Shown: positions 1-12,530 of the stretch, one piece after another
How positions within the stretch are numbered: position 1 is the stretch's first letter
How the letters are laid out: every line of letters starts with the position of its first letter
Notes under the pieces: generated by a model
The model's database searches: none
What the model saw: only the letters and a program-made list of their open reading frames with translations
What the model was told of the DNA's origin: nothing
Position numbers and translations under genes: made by a program
From: Lama guanicoe
Taxonomy: Eukaryota
NCBI GenBank assembly: GCA_013239625.1
Contig: MU053994.1
Coordinates: 3,703,898 to 3,767,897 of the forward strand
DNA length: 64,000 bases
Reading direction: 5' to 3'

Positions 1-827
1 AAACTCTTTATTTCTCCTTCTATCCTAAAGGATAGCCTTGCTGGATAAAGTATCCTAGGCTGCATCTTTTTTTCATTCAGGGCTTTGAATATATCTTGCC
101 ACTCCCTTCTGGCCTGTAGTGTTTGTGTAGAGAAATCAGCTGAGAGCCTTATGGGGGTTCCCTTGTAATTCACTCTTTGTTTTTCTCTTGCTGCCTTTAG
201 AATCATTTCTTTATCCTTGACTCTGGCCATCTTGATTATGATATGTCTTGGTGTGGGTCTATTTGGATTCTTCCTGTTTGGGACCCTCTGAGCTTCCTGT
301 ACTTGGATATCTGATTCCTTCTTTAAGTTTGGGAAGTTTTCAGTCATGATTTCTTCAAAAACCTTTTCAATCCCCTTTGATCCTTCTTCCCCTTCTGGGA
401 CCCCTATTATGCGAAGATTGGGACGCTTTATATTATCCCATAGGTCCCTTATGCTATTATCATTATTTTTTATTTGCTTATCTTGTAGTTCTTCTGAATG
501 GGTTTTTTGTATTGCCCTGTCTTCTAGATCACTAATTCGTTCCTCTGCATTAACTAGTCGGCTTTGCACAGCTATTAGATCATTCCTCATCTCTGTCAAT
601 GAGTTTACCCATTCTACTTGGCTCTTCTTTATAGCTTCAATTTCATTTTTGACATATTTTATTTCTCTAAGCATTATCTCTTTTAATTCCTTCAGCAATT
701 TGATCACTCCTTTTTTGAAATCTTGATCTAGTAGGCTATCGATGTCTATTTCATTGAGCTTTCTTTCAGGGGATTCCTCTTGTTCTTTTAATTGGGAAAG
801 GTTTCTCTGCTTCTTCATCTTGCTCAT
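1..827 (-). CDS. L1 ORF1p (coiled coil-RRM-CTD RNA-binding protein), partial; 275 uninterrupted codons to the window edge
   Basis: Hand translation from ATG 827 (or 818): MSKMKKQRNLSQLKEQEESPE...DLWDNIKRPNLRIIGVPEGEE...ENFPNLKKESDIQVQEAQRVP...RPTPRHIIIKM...ILKAAREKQRVNYKGTPIRLSADFS...ARREWQDIFKAL...PRILYPARLSFRIEGEIKS. No stop or frameshift. Confidence 0.93.
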   Translation of the reverse strand, partial: MSKMKKQRNLSQLKEQEESPERKLNEIDIDSLLDQDFKKGVIKLLKELKEIMLREIKYVKNEIEAIKKSQVEWVNSLTEMRNDLIAVQSRLVNAEERISDLEDRAIQKTHSEELQDKQIKNNDNSIRDLWDNIKRPNLRIIGVPEGEEGSKGIEKVFEEIMTENFPNLKKESDIQVQEAQRVPNRKNPNRPTPRHIIIKMARVKDKEMILKAAREKQRVNYKGTPIRLSADFSTQTLQARREWQDIFKALNEKKMQPRILYPARLSFRIEGEIKS

Positions 828-977
828 ACCTCTCTGGCTCTGTGGTTTATGGAATATCAGTTGTCTACTTTGGGTCTTAAGGATTTTATCTATCTAATGC
901 CTATTTATGAATAGAACTTAGGGAAAAAAAAGAAAGAAATAATAAGAGAGAGAGAGAAAGATTTTTAAAAGAAGGGA

Positions 978-1515
978 NNNNNNNNNNNNNNNNNNNNNNN
1001 NNNNNNNNNNNNNNNNNNNNNNNNNNNNNNNNNNNNNNNNNNNNNNNNNNNNNNNNNNNNNNNNNNNNNNNNNNNNNNNNNNNNNNNNNNNNNNNNNNNN
1101 NNNNNNNNNNNNNNNNNNNNNNNNNNNNNNNNNNNNNNNNNNNNNNNNNNNNNNNNNNNNNNNNNNNNNNNNNNNNNNNNNNNNNNNNNNNNNNNNNNNN
1201 NNNNNNNNNNNNNNNNNNNNNNNNNNNNNNNNNNNNNNNNNNNNNNNNNNNNNNNNNNNNNNNNNNNNNNNNNNNNNNNNNNNNNNNNNNNNNNNNNNNN
1301 NNNNNNNNNNNNNNNNNNNNNNNNNNNNNNNNNNNNNNNNNNNNNNNNNNNNNNNNNNNNNNNNNNNNNNNNNNNNNNNNNNNNNNNNNNNNNNNNNNNN
1401 NNNNNNNNNNNNNNNNNNNNNNNNNNNNNNNNNNNNNNNNNNNNNNNNNNNNNNNNNNNNNNNNNNNNNNNNNNNNNNNNNNNNNNNNNNNNNNNNNNNN
1501 NNNNNNNNNNNNNNN
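978..1515. other. Assembly gap (538 N)
   Basis: Run of N inside the L1 5'UTR. Confidence 1.
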
Positions 1516-3719
1516 GAGGGCGGGTCGTGCCCCCTCCCAGCACCTCGGTCAGGGGCTGTGTTCCTGCCCGACAGGCGGGGGGCTGCTCTCCCTCCGCCTG
1601 CGCCGCCGGTAGCTCCGTTGCTCTGTGCGGCTCCGCTCTCAGCCCTGGTCGCGCTCCGCCCTGGCCGGCGCTCTGCGGGTGGGCTCGGGGAAGACCGAGG
1701 GGCAGCCTCGTCCCTGCTCCGAGCCAAGACCCAGCTCCTTGTTTGTCTTTGTGGAGCAAGTTCTCTGAGGGACCAGGATGGAAGGATCCCACCTGCCCCG
1801 GGCTGTAGGCCCGTCTCAGTCTGGCCCTTGAGGCTGCTGAGCCCTTCGGTGCGGATGCAGGTTTCGCCCCTGCCCCCGCCTGGGTGCTAAGCGCCAGAGA
1901 GTATGGCGGCTGTGCCTGGGCCCCGCCTCTCTTCCCCTGAAAAGTTTCCGCGGGTTTTCAGAGATGGGGGTATGCACCTCTCCCCCGAGAGCACATCAAC
2001 CTTGCTGTTTTATGGAGGGCCCAGGTTGTTCTGTCCTGTACACCCACAGCCCCGGCGCCCAGCCCCTTGCAGTCCCCCGGAGCTGCCTCCGTGCAGCCGC
2101 CCCCGTCCTCCGCCCGGCTTGTGCAGCCTGGCCCTGCCCGCCGCTGCCGGCCCGCGTCTCAGGCTGGGTGTCGGGGGGACGCTCTGTGCCCGTTTAACTT
2201 AGTTCTGTCAGACAAGGGCTGCTCTGTACAGATCCGAGCCTTGGAGGCTCCCCCTCCGTCCCGCTGGCCTCTCAGTTGGAGAGGGGAGACCCAGCGAGCG
2301 AGCGCCAGTCCTCCTTTGCCGCTCCCTCCCCGCGGGACCCGTCCCGCGCTGCTTTGCCTTTTGTTCTTTCTTTTTTCCTTTTCTCCTACCAGATTTTTGG
2401 CGTCTTTATCTTTTGAAGAGGGCGATGATCTGTTGGAGTTCCGCAGGTGCTCTGGTTGGCTGAGTGGGTCTGTAGATGTGGATCTTGGTGTATTTGTGGG
2501 AGAGGGTGACTTACAAGCGTCCTTCTACTCCGCCATCTCTCCAAGAATCTCTCCTCTTCTCTCCAAGAATTTAATTGTCATATTTCCAGTCTGCAGAAAG
2601 TTCCATAGTATTTGCAAATGCCCCTTTTATTGAAAAGGCCAGGACCACGGAAATAGCTGTCCTGTGAGGTACAGCAGAAGAATCTCTGTTCCCAAAAACG
2701 TTTACAATTGTCCCGTTGCCTGTTTGGACAGGGGTAGGTCTTTTTGTTGCTGCTCTCAGCTCAACCAGTTTCTTCCATGTCTGATTAATGGAGGTGACTT
2801 GCTTCCAATTTCATGCCAAGGGTCATGCTGCATTTGGTCAGAAAATTCTCCAACGGTCATACTAAACCTCTTGCTGGGCTTTAAGGAGATAACTTTATAA
2901 GCTTCATATTTTCTTTTCAGTAATCTTACAGTCATCTATAAAAATGATTAAGTGAATCTGGCCTCTTTAAGTTCTTTTGATTCAACAAAGTTGTCTCCTG
3001 TTTATAAATCCCTTTCTGTAATCTAATCCATCTGGCCATCCCCTGTGGCCTCTGGACTCCCAACAGCTACCAAAACTGTAAATAAAGGGCCCCTGGGTGC
3101 TTAAACAATTCATTTCTGCTGTCAAGAAACGTGCTTTATACAAACCAGGAAAATGGACCATAAGGAAAAGGAAGTGAGGTGAAAGGAAGAATAAATATGT
3201 CAGTGATTGGAACATAGTAGGTACACTCTAAATACACAGTGACTGCAATAAAAATTAAATAAAGTCTGCTACATGATTCGGGTCTTTCTTTAGCTTTCTT
3301 GTGCCAGAAGTGAGGGTATGATATACCTTGAATGGTGGTATCTGGGTCAGGAGGGCTTAGTAATAATGTTTAGGCTGATATGTTTTGGCAGCCTTGTTTT
3401 CACATGCAGTAAGGACTTACTACATGTTTTTTGTTTCCCTGACAGGCCCAAGAGATGCTTGGGTGCCCATTGTGTGCAGGGTATGGTATACCTTCCAGTG
3501 GGATCATGAGCAAGGTATAATACTCAGAGGCTGGGCACCTGAAAGAGACACAATTTCATTTAATGGAATAGATAAACAATGACAGCCACTCTTATGCCAT
3601 TTAATAGTACACTGTCAACATTTTTGAATAATAGAAAAAATTAAGGAAGGCAGCCTGTGATTTGGAAATTACAAGTGTTCTCACCTGTTTACAGGTTTAG
3701 GACTTGTGATATAGGTAAG

Positions 3720-4260
3720 CACACAGGACTATGCAAGCACAGAAAAGGGGGACTTGGCTTAGCCTAAAGGTTCAGGGAAGGCTTCCTGGAGGAGGGGATG
3801 GCCTGAACTAGGTCCTGAAGGATGCACCAGAGTTAGCCAGGCCAAGAAAAGAGGTAAGAGTGACATGGGAAGGAAATCTAACATGAAGCAAACCCATGGA
3901 AGTCTCTGCATAGGAAGGTCCTGGTATTTGAGTTTTACTATAGAGTGGGAGATGAAGCTGAGTCATGGAGGGCCTTATATTCATTCATTCATTAACTCAC
4001 TCATTCATTCAGCAATTATTTGCTGAGTGTCTGCAATGTGTCAGGTGGTGTTCTGGGCATTTTTGTTACAGTTATGAACAAGATGGACAAGATTTGCTTC
4101 TCAGGGAACCTCTGGTAGCAGGAGGTCTTGTAGATCTCATTAAGCATTCAGGTCCTTATCCAACAGAACAGGCATCGGGGAGTCACTGAAGAGTTTTAAG
4201 CAGCAAAATGATTTCTGTTTTAGAAAGATCATGCTAGTCTAGACAGATATAGTAAGTGTG
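3720..4260 (-). mobile_element. L2 LINE fragments
   Basis: AGGGAAGGCTTCCTGGAGGAGG and TCATTCATTC...TGCTGAGTGTCTGCAATGTGTCAGG, both typical antisense L2 3' motifs. Confidence 0.7.
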
Positions 4261-4789
4261 GCTCCAGATACTTGGTGGTTATAATCAGAGTAGTTATAAC
4301 AATGCTGACAGGAATTTTTGATGATTTTCTTTGAGTACAAGAGACATTTGGGTTTATAAGAAAGAATTTATTGATGGTAAAATGTTGAAATATGGAAGGG
4401 TTTATTATTCTACCTCTCAAATTATTCAAGAAAAGGATGTATATTCTTTTTCTCTGAAAAAAATGATCAAAATGCCTTGAATGGTTCAATTGTTTCCTAA
4501 CTAAAGAGAGAAGGTTTAACAGATGACCTTTTAGAGTTTCTTATGGCTTTATTACTTTATGATTTATGAAGTGAAAATAATGGCAGTATAAACTGTACTT
4601 AAGACTGGGAGTAAGGATGTGATCAAAGTTTTGCAGGGCTTGGCAGGGCTTGGTCAGAGGTTTATTTTTTTTCTGTTTTACAGAGAAACTATTTACAGAG
4701 AACTTATCACAGGGTAGCTGCCCACGGAAATCCTCAATATAGATTATTTCTAGTCGGCGTCTTTTTCCCCTCCCCTCCCCCACCTGCCC

Positions 4790-4841
4790 ATCTCCTCTCC
4801 CTCTTCTTCCTCCTCCTCCTCTTCCTCCTCCTCCTCCTTCT
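4790..4841. repeat. (CCT/CTT)n pyrimidine microsatellite
   Basis: ctcttcttcctcctcctcctcttcctcctcctcctccttc. Confidence 0.9.
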
Positions 4842-4989
4842 TTAATTCTACTGTTTTCATTTACCCTCTAGGGATGATAGTCTTTTTGCCATATTATTGT
4901 GCATATTTTAGTTAAGTAGGGATATTAGGAATGTCTGCCAAAAGGATTTCATTTTTATTCACCGTCAGTGACTATATCATTATTCTCAA

Positions 4990-5345
4990 TTATTCAGTCC
5001 TGGTTCCCCTTTAAGAGAATTACATATCCTCAACTATTGCCACATAAGCTTTCCTTGGCTCCCTGAGGAGGACGTTTCCCCATCCTACTGTCAGGCCTGA
5101 CTGGATGACTTGTTTTGGCCAGTGAAATATGAATGGTAGCTCTAAGTGCATTTACCAGTTCTGTTACTCTTTGCCCTCTGTCCCAGATAGGGGAGGCTCC
5201 TTTATTTGGGGCCCTAGAATAAAAACAGACAGCTGGAGGTGACTCATGGCAGACACGGGTGAGAAATACCCTTTGTTGTCATAAACCACTGAGATTTTCA
5301 TGTTGTTTGTTACTGCAGCATAATGTAGCAAAAGTTGCCCAATAC
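4990..5345 (+). mobile_element. MaLR solo LTR (MLT1, old subfamily)
   Basis: GACTTGTTTTGGCCAGTGAAATATG and the 3' end AAACCACTGAGATTT...TTGTTTGTTACTGCAGCATAA. Confidence 0.75.
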
Positions 5346-6059
5346 ACATAATCAAGAGATGTTAAACTCAATTACAGTGATAGTGACCATAAAAAATATC
5401 TTGATTTTTACAGATTTCCAAGGTTTGTGCTAAACAATGTTTACTGCAATGAAATTCTAGTTTCTTGAAACCCCAAATTTAGAGCATTCCTTGATATTCA
5501 CTTGTTGAACCCTAAACTGTGGTCCTTATTGGCATAAAAGAGCCCACCCGATGAAAGGATTTGAATGTGAGCTAGTGGTCCATAAGACAAATCTGAATTT
5601 CCCATTATATTCAGAAGTTGAATAAAAGTTGCAAAATGTTGTCTCAGCTCCTTAAATAGCCAGAGACCATTATATTCACTTAATTTAATGATCTTCTGAT
5701 TTCTAAATCCTATGACTTGTGAATGCATTCATTTTTTGAAGCTGAAGATGATTGACTAAATTTTGCTTTTAATTAACTGACCTCCCTACTCTCGGTGTGA
5801 CATTATTAGGAATGTGGCACTATTAGAACACTCTCCTGAGACACTTGGTCTGCTTCTTCCCATACATGCTTTTCTGAAAGGGCCATTTGCTCACTCTGGT
5901 CAGCTTCTCTTTCTGTTTTCCCTTCTCCCCTACCTTATGATGCTTCAAACCTACTTGGCTTCTTTTTTTGTCTCATGAGCTATCAGAGATTCTTTAATGG
6001 AAGCAAATGCTTTAATGGAAGCAAATGCTTATTAAGGTAAAATCATCATAACTTTTAAT

Positions 6060-6146
6060 AGAGTATAATCTGTAAAACTACTAAATCACTATGCTGTCTA
6101 CTGAAATAAATATAATATTGTAAATCAACTATGCTTTAATAAAAAT
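6060..6146 (+). mobile_element. Very short L1 3' end
   Basis: AAATCACTATGCTGT...TATTGTAAATCAACTAT..AATAAAAA matches the L1 terminus at 37920-37994. Confidence 0.75.
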
Positions 6147-6419
6147 TGTGAATGGATATTGAAATGTCTCAGTGAATGATATAACTGTCCCCAGGGATTT
6201 GAGAGTTGTTGATAGATTTAGCTATGAGGAAGGAAGAAAAGTTGTGTGGAAAGAGGGACTCTATGCTTACCTTCACTCTAATCCAAGGGGTCCCATGACA
6301 GACCACTAACCCAACCTATCCACTATTATTAGTTATAAAGGAAAGAGCTGAATTCAAGCTAGCTTAAGCTATGTATATATGGAATATATAAAAGGACTGC
6401 TCAATATTTATCTATTATT

Positions 6420-6912
6420 AGGAGAAAAACTTTTCCTCTACCAACATATGCTTGAGTAGTTGGGAGCCTGTAGATTAATTGGCAACAGATATATTAACAA
6501 CAGAAAAGTTTATTTCACATGCATGTGGGAACCCTCAAGAAGAGTGGGCTTGCTGAACAGCCAGTGGGTAAGGGGTTATATACCAGTTGAACAAAACGGG
6601 GATGTTTTAGGGCTTCAATGTGAAAGTATGGAGGGTTCTATTGGTCTTTTTCATCCCGATGCTAATGGACAGTCTCCTTCCTAGCTGGAACCTCCTCTGG
6701 AGGTGAATTTATAGCAGCTGAATTCACCTCCCAAGTGCTAAGGGTCAGTCTTCTCCCAAACAGGAAACACCCTTGCAGGGGGGTTAATGGCAGCTGTATT
6801 TCAAGAGGCTCTGCTTATGTTTAGATAAGGTTTCTTTCTGTGGCTGCTGTTTGTTCAGGTGTTTTCAGTTTAAAGCAATCTTCATGCCACTCTGATGGGC
6901 TGTTGGTCCCTC
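6420..6912 (-). mobile_element. Probable ERV1-class solo LTR
   Basis: About 490-bp block with an antisense AATAAA (TTTATT near 6508) and LTR-like layout. Family not resolved. Confidence 0.5.
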
Positions 6913-8377
6913 TCTCTCTCTCTCTGGCCATCCATCAATGATCTTTTAAAACTCACTTAAAATCACTAATAAGTTTAGAGGTAGAACAGCTTAAAGGTAC
7001 AAGGAAAAGAGGTCATCAGGGTTTACTTTTTCTCTTTTATGTCTTTTGACAGGTTCTTTCCATGTTGGAGGTCTAATGGCTAACCACGACGGGCCCCAAA
7101 CTTACATCATACCAGCCAGGCAGCTCTAGCAGAGAGAGCGAGCCTCCCTCCCCCATTCCTCTGGCAGCAAAGTCCAAGAGAGGATGCCAATTTCCTTGAT
7201 TGGTTACATGTGCCCATACCTGACTTCACTATGACCAAGTGGAAGGGTTTACTGGCCCAGTCATGGGGGCACATGCCCTCCTGTTGGCATGAAACCACAT
7301 GAAATGGGTTCTCCACAAGTTTCTGTTTCTAGAAGAGGTGGGATTCCAAGCAGGGAATCTCCCTCAATGACTCCTGCCTATCTTATTTGCCCTCTAATAT
7401 CTACCTCCATTTTAGTGAAACTCTAGTAAAATAACTGGGTGTTTCTGAGGGAATGCTATAAAATCAATGAGATGGAATAAAATCTGAGATCATATTTAAA
7501 GATTTGTTTCTCTCAGACCTAATGACTCTGATGTCTTAGTGCTTCTCTCTCTTGAGTTTTGTTTTGAGCGTTTGACTTGTTGCTGAGACATACAATAAGC
7601 CACTTCACCTCTCCACCTGATCATTACACACCCTTAAATTAAGACAATGGTAATTTCACAGGGGTATATGAGGACCAATTAATTAAGGCCCGTAAAGCTC
7701 TTAGAGATCCTTGAATCAAAGGTACTTTACAAAAGTATAAAATGATAATGTTATAACTAAAGCTCATGATAATGAACTTCAGATATCTTTTTGTTGTATT
7801 GGAATTGGTATCAAGTATCATTTGAAATATGTGGTCTGGAACCTGGAAATCTTTTTAGTATACAGAGAATATGTCCTATCATGGTTTGATTTTTGTATCA
7901 CAGCCTCTAAATAGTTGTGAGATTCTCTCTGACAGATGGTCAACTGAGGCGGGCTATCTAATTTAACTGAAAATTAACATTGGCAGCTGTTCCTGCTAAA
8001 AAGATAATCTGTCTCGCAAATTGAGTGGAGCAACGCTGACCCCTTTCCAAGTCCTCTTCTATAATTGTGGGCAAATGACAGTTTCCCTCCTGCAAACACG
8101 AAGCTCAGACACGCTGGGCCTTTCATTCTAGGTCATGTCAAATGGGATTCACAGCTGCCCTCTGTAGTAACAGCCACTGATAGCAGTTCTTGTTTCTGTT
8201 TAACCCTGTTTTCATCATAATACTAACTGAATGAGATAAATCACCACTGGCCTCTTGTTTAGTCTTAATACTATCTAAAATTCTTCTGATACTCACAATG
8301 TAGGGAATTCCAATCACTCATGTTTGGTGGGTATGAATTTCCTCATGTTTTTTAATTTGGGGAAATTTGGAAAATAT

Positions 8378-8790
8378 CTTAGATGGGGTCCCTGAAACCA
8401 GACTCTGAGATGGAGATTTATATGCAGGAGGTTAATTGGGGGCTGCCTCTGGGAATACCACCTGTGAAGGAGTGAGGAAGTAGGGTTAGGTAGAGGGAGC
8501 AGCTGGGCTTCAATGTGGTAACAGAGGCCTCAGTTGAAGCCACGGGCAGTTCCAGAGTTGGGCTGGCCCTTCAGAGATGTCTCGAAAGAAAATGGGACAA
8601 ATTAAGGAAAGCTGTACCCCTATATTGACTAGTGATTGATGAGGGCTGTCCCCAGGGAAGGGGACAGCAATGCCTCAGGAGGGACTCAGCTGTGAGCCAT
8701 CAGCAGTCAACACTCCTGGCAGCTGGAAGAACAAGCACCCTGTCTTGAAGGGTAGATCTGGTGATGCACTGCAGTCCACTATGGCACCAG
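8378..8790 (-). mobile_element. ERVL LTR (LTR16-like)
   Basis: CAGACTCTGAGATGGAGATTTATATGCAGGAGGTTAATTGGGG; homologous to 19440-19880. Confidence 0.75.
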
Positions 8791-8959
8791 AAAGAATCAT
8801 CACCCCTACTCCTTTTACCTGAAATGAACACTGGGGACATTTTGACACATTTGATTCTTGTCTTTCTTCTATGTACCTATTTAAAAATTACTCAAGTAAC
8901 ATGAGTATAACTTTCTACGAGTTAGAACATTACATATAAAGTTCCTTTGACTTTATTGC

Positions 8960-9340
8960 CTCAGATTGCCTCGGATGCAAAATTTAGAGGGCACCAAAAA
9001 ACCCAGTAATCAAGACACATAGTATTTTAATGTATTATTTAAAAAAATCAAAACTAGTGCAAAAAGGGAATATTTTGATGAACAAAATATTCAAATTTCA
9101 AATTCAGGCAAGATCAGTAACTGTGTTGTGCCAAGTCATACGGAGCCTGAGGCAAAAGAGAAAATCAGTAATGCTGATCCTGTCTATATTCAAAATTTTG
9201 ATATTTATCATGTATTTTTGCAATAATTTTGATTTTTTAAAAAAATAATTGCATTAAAATATTATTTATCTTGATAACTGAGTATTTTGATGCCCCCGTA
9301 AATTTTATGCCTCACTCCTCTTACCCTCGTCCCAGCTCTG
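8960..9340. mobile_element. MER96B-like hAT MITE (palindromic)
   Basis: Long inverted arms (9004-9065 vs 9215-9280) and the terminus ACCCTCGTCCCAGCTCTG. A homologous end lies at 48709. Confidence 0.85.
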
Positions 9341-9429
9341 AAATGTAGCTGCTATTACACACTCAGTGTATATATTTCCAGGCCTTTAAAAAAAATCCTT
9401 TTATCTATATCTATACATCTATACCTATA

Positions 9430-10220
9430 TGTAGTCACCAGTCATCATGTTGACTTTATCTCTAAAACAGATCCCCAGTCCTCCTACATCTCTGCATCCT
9501 ACCACTACCATCCCAGATCAAGTCATCATCTTTCCCAACTTTTCCAATACCCTCCTAACAACTGATATAATAGCTTCTACTCATATCCCTCTTGAGCCCT
9601 TTCTCTACAATGCAGAGTGATCTTTCAGAAACATAATTCAGGGCATGCCACTTCCCTACTCAAACACCTCACCTCTCCCAGTGTCATCCCACTTCCTTTA
9701 GAACACAAGTTTCCAACACGGCCCCCAATGGCCCTACCTGATCTGGGCCTTGCCTATTTCTCTGTTCTCAATGTAACTACTGTTTCCCTTGCTCATTGAG
9801 CTAAAGCCACACTAGCCTTCTCTATGTTCCTGTATGAAACTATGCTTCTTCTTCCCCTAATAGGGCCTTTGTAGCAGCTGTTCCCTCTGAATGGCCTGCT
9901 CTCTGTCCTCAGACAGCTCCACACAGAAGCATCATTTTTTCATTCATGCCTTAGGTCTTCTCTGACCATCTAACCAAAATAGTTTCCAATCACATTTAAG
10001 CATACCATCCTGTTTTATTTTCATTGCAGCATTTATTACTGCTGGATATTTTTTGCACATGGTTGTATGCTGTCTCTTCCTACTAGAATATAAGCCGCAT
10101 GAATTTAGGACACTGTTAGGATCTCATAGTCTTGTTTACTACCATATCCACAGTAACCTGGAACTAGGTCTGGCACATAGTTGATGTTTAATAAGTGTTC
10201 CCTGAATAACTTAATTAATG
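9430..10220 (+). mobile_element. L2 3' region
   Basis: Ends GTCTGGCACATAGTTGATGTTTAATAAGTGTTCCCTGAAT, with internal L2 motifs. Confidence 0.8.
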
Positions 10221-10261
10221 AAGTCATACTAAATATATAGGATATTTTCTGTGTAAAATTT

Positions 10262-12530
10262 CTTTTTTTAAAAGTAGGCTTTATTTTTTATAACAGTTTT
10301 AGGTTCTCACAGCAAAACTGACTGGAATGTACTGAGTGTTCCCATATATTGTCTGCCACCACACATGCACAGCTTCCACCACCATCAACATTCTGCACAA
10401 GAGTGGTACATCTGTTCCAGTAAATAAACTTATATTGACATATCATTATCACCCAAAGTCCACAGTTTACACTAGGGTTCACTCTTGGTGTACATTCTGT
10501 GGGCTTTGACAAATGTATGATGACATGTATCCACTATTATAGTATCATGCAGAATAATTTTACTGCCCTAAAAATCTTCTGTGCTATGCCTATTCATCTC
10601 TCTCTCTCCCAATCCCTGGTAATCACCGATCTTTCTACTGTCTCTATAGTTTTACCTTTTCCAGAATTTCATATAGTTGGAATCATAAAATATGTAGCAT
10701 TTTCAAATTGGCTTCTTTCACTTAGTAATATGCACTTAAGATTCTTCCATGTCTTTTCATGGCTTGATAGCTCATTTCTTTTAAGTGTTGAATCATATTC
10801 AACTGTCTGGATGTACCAAAGTTTATTTTTCCAATCACCTACTGAAAGGTATTTTGATGGCTTCCAAGACTTAGCAATTATGAATAAAGCTGCTATAAAC
10901 ATCTGTGTGCGGGTTTTTGTGTGGACATAAACTCTTATCTCATTTGGGTAGATACCAAGGAACATTATTGCTTGATTGTATAGTAAGAGTATGTTTACTT
11001 TTATAAGAAACTGCTAAACTGTCTATCAAAGTGGCTGTACCATTTTGTAGTCCCATCAGCAGTGAAGGGGAATTCCTGTTGCTCTATATCCTCGTCAGCA
11101 TTTGGTGTTGTTAGTATTTTGGATTTTAGCCATTCTAATAAGTATCTTATTGTTGTTTTAATTTTCAATTCTCCAATGATATATGATGTGGCACATTTTT
11201 TCCCATGCTTACTTGCCATCTGTATATCTTTTTTGGTGAGGTGCCTGTTTAGGTATTTTGACTACCTTTAAATTGGGTTGTTCATTTTCTTACTGCTGAA
11301 TTTTAAGAGTTTTTTTTTGTATATTTGACTAACAGTCTTTTATCAGATGTGTCTTTTGCAAATATTTTCTCCAAGTCTGTGGCTTGTCTTCTCATTCTTT
11401 TGACAGTGTCTTTCAGACAGCAGAAGTTTTAAAATTGTAATGAAATTGAACTTATCAATTCCTTCTTTCATGGATTGTGCCTTTGGTGTCATATATAAAA
11501 AGTCATCACATACCCAGGGTCACTTAGATTTTCACCTATGTTATCTTCTAGTTTTATAGCTTTGCCTTTTACATTTAGGTCTATAATCAACTTTGAGATA
11601 ATTTTTTCTGAATCTTTTAGAAACATTGTTCTGTTAAATTTTTCAGTCAACACAGAGTTTTTGAGATCTCTTTCTCTCCCTGTGGATATATACATATAGT
11701 TTTTACTTTTCATTGCTGTACAGTGTTCCATCGCATGTATATACTGCTTTTTATTGATGTGGTATATTCAGTGACAGACATTTGGGGTTTTTCCTTTGTT
11801 TTTTTGATATTATAAGCAATGGCATATCCTTGTACATGTCTTCTTGTGCATGTGTACAGATGTTTCTCTAAGGGAGATGCCTGGAAGTGGAATTGCTGCA
11901 TCAGAGTGTATACACTGTATGCAGAGTGTGTATTCAGTTTTAATAGATCCCGGCAGAGTGTTGTTCAGAGGATAAGAGTATCTGTTTTCCCACAATCTAG
12001 TCAACATCTGATATTGTCTAACTTTAACTTTGCCAATTTTGTAGTTGAAGAATGATATCTCATAAAAATTATTTCCCTCTGAGGGAATGCACTTATTTTC
12101 ACATTTATTGATTCTTTAATATTTCATCTTTTGTTAAATGACCATTTTTAATTGTTTGCCCATTTTTCTATTGGATTGCTTTATTTCTCTGGTTAATTTG
12201 AAAAGATTTCTTTACACTGGTTATTAATATTTAACTATTATAATTATGGCAAATAATTTCCCCCAGTCTTTTGATTGTCTTTCAAAATTATTTATGGTAT
12301 CTTTTGCCATATAGAAGTTTCTAATTTGCCTGTAGTCAAATTTATCAATTCTCTTCTTATTGTTTCTGCTTTTTGAATCTTATTTAAGAAAGCTTTCTCT
12401 ATCATTAGATTACAAAGCTATCACTTTATATTTTCTTATAATAATTTAAAATATGTATTTTTGTTGATTTATTTATAGGTCTTTTATTGACCTACAATTT
12501 ATATTTCTGTATGATGTGAATGATTTAATT
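10262..12530 (-). mobile_element. Old L1 (L1MC-like 3'UTR and ORF2 end, 10262 to about 11610) abutting older L1ME-like fragments
   Basis: ORF2 C-terminal remnants in the track (LGIYPNE..HTKTRTQMFIAALFIIAKSWK) with many stops. Confidence 0.85.

Larger units (their letters stand above)
1..2548 (-). mobile_element. Young L1: CpG-rich 5'UTR plus ORF1, continuing beyond the left edge and interrupted by an assembly gap
   Basis: The minus strand begins GGAGAGATGGCGGAGTAGAAGG near 2540, a typical L1 5' end with a YY1-like motif. The UTR at 1516-2540 is GC/CpG-rich, and an open ORF1 lies downstream. Confidence 0.95.

Noticed and set aside
346..726. 126-aa plus-strand ORF
   Set aside because: Antisense shadow of L1 ORF1.
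918..1792. 269- and 275-aa ORFs in the track
   Set aside because: Artefacts of reading through the N gap within an L1 5'UTR.
1527..2633. Several Pro/Arg-rich ORFs, possible ORF0 analogues
   Set aside because: Expected in GC-rich L1 UTR sequence. Most use non-ATG starts and none shows recognisable homology.
6271..6322. Minus-strand exon candidate with AAG|GTAAGC donor
   Set aside because: Weak acceptor and stops in all three frames.
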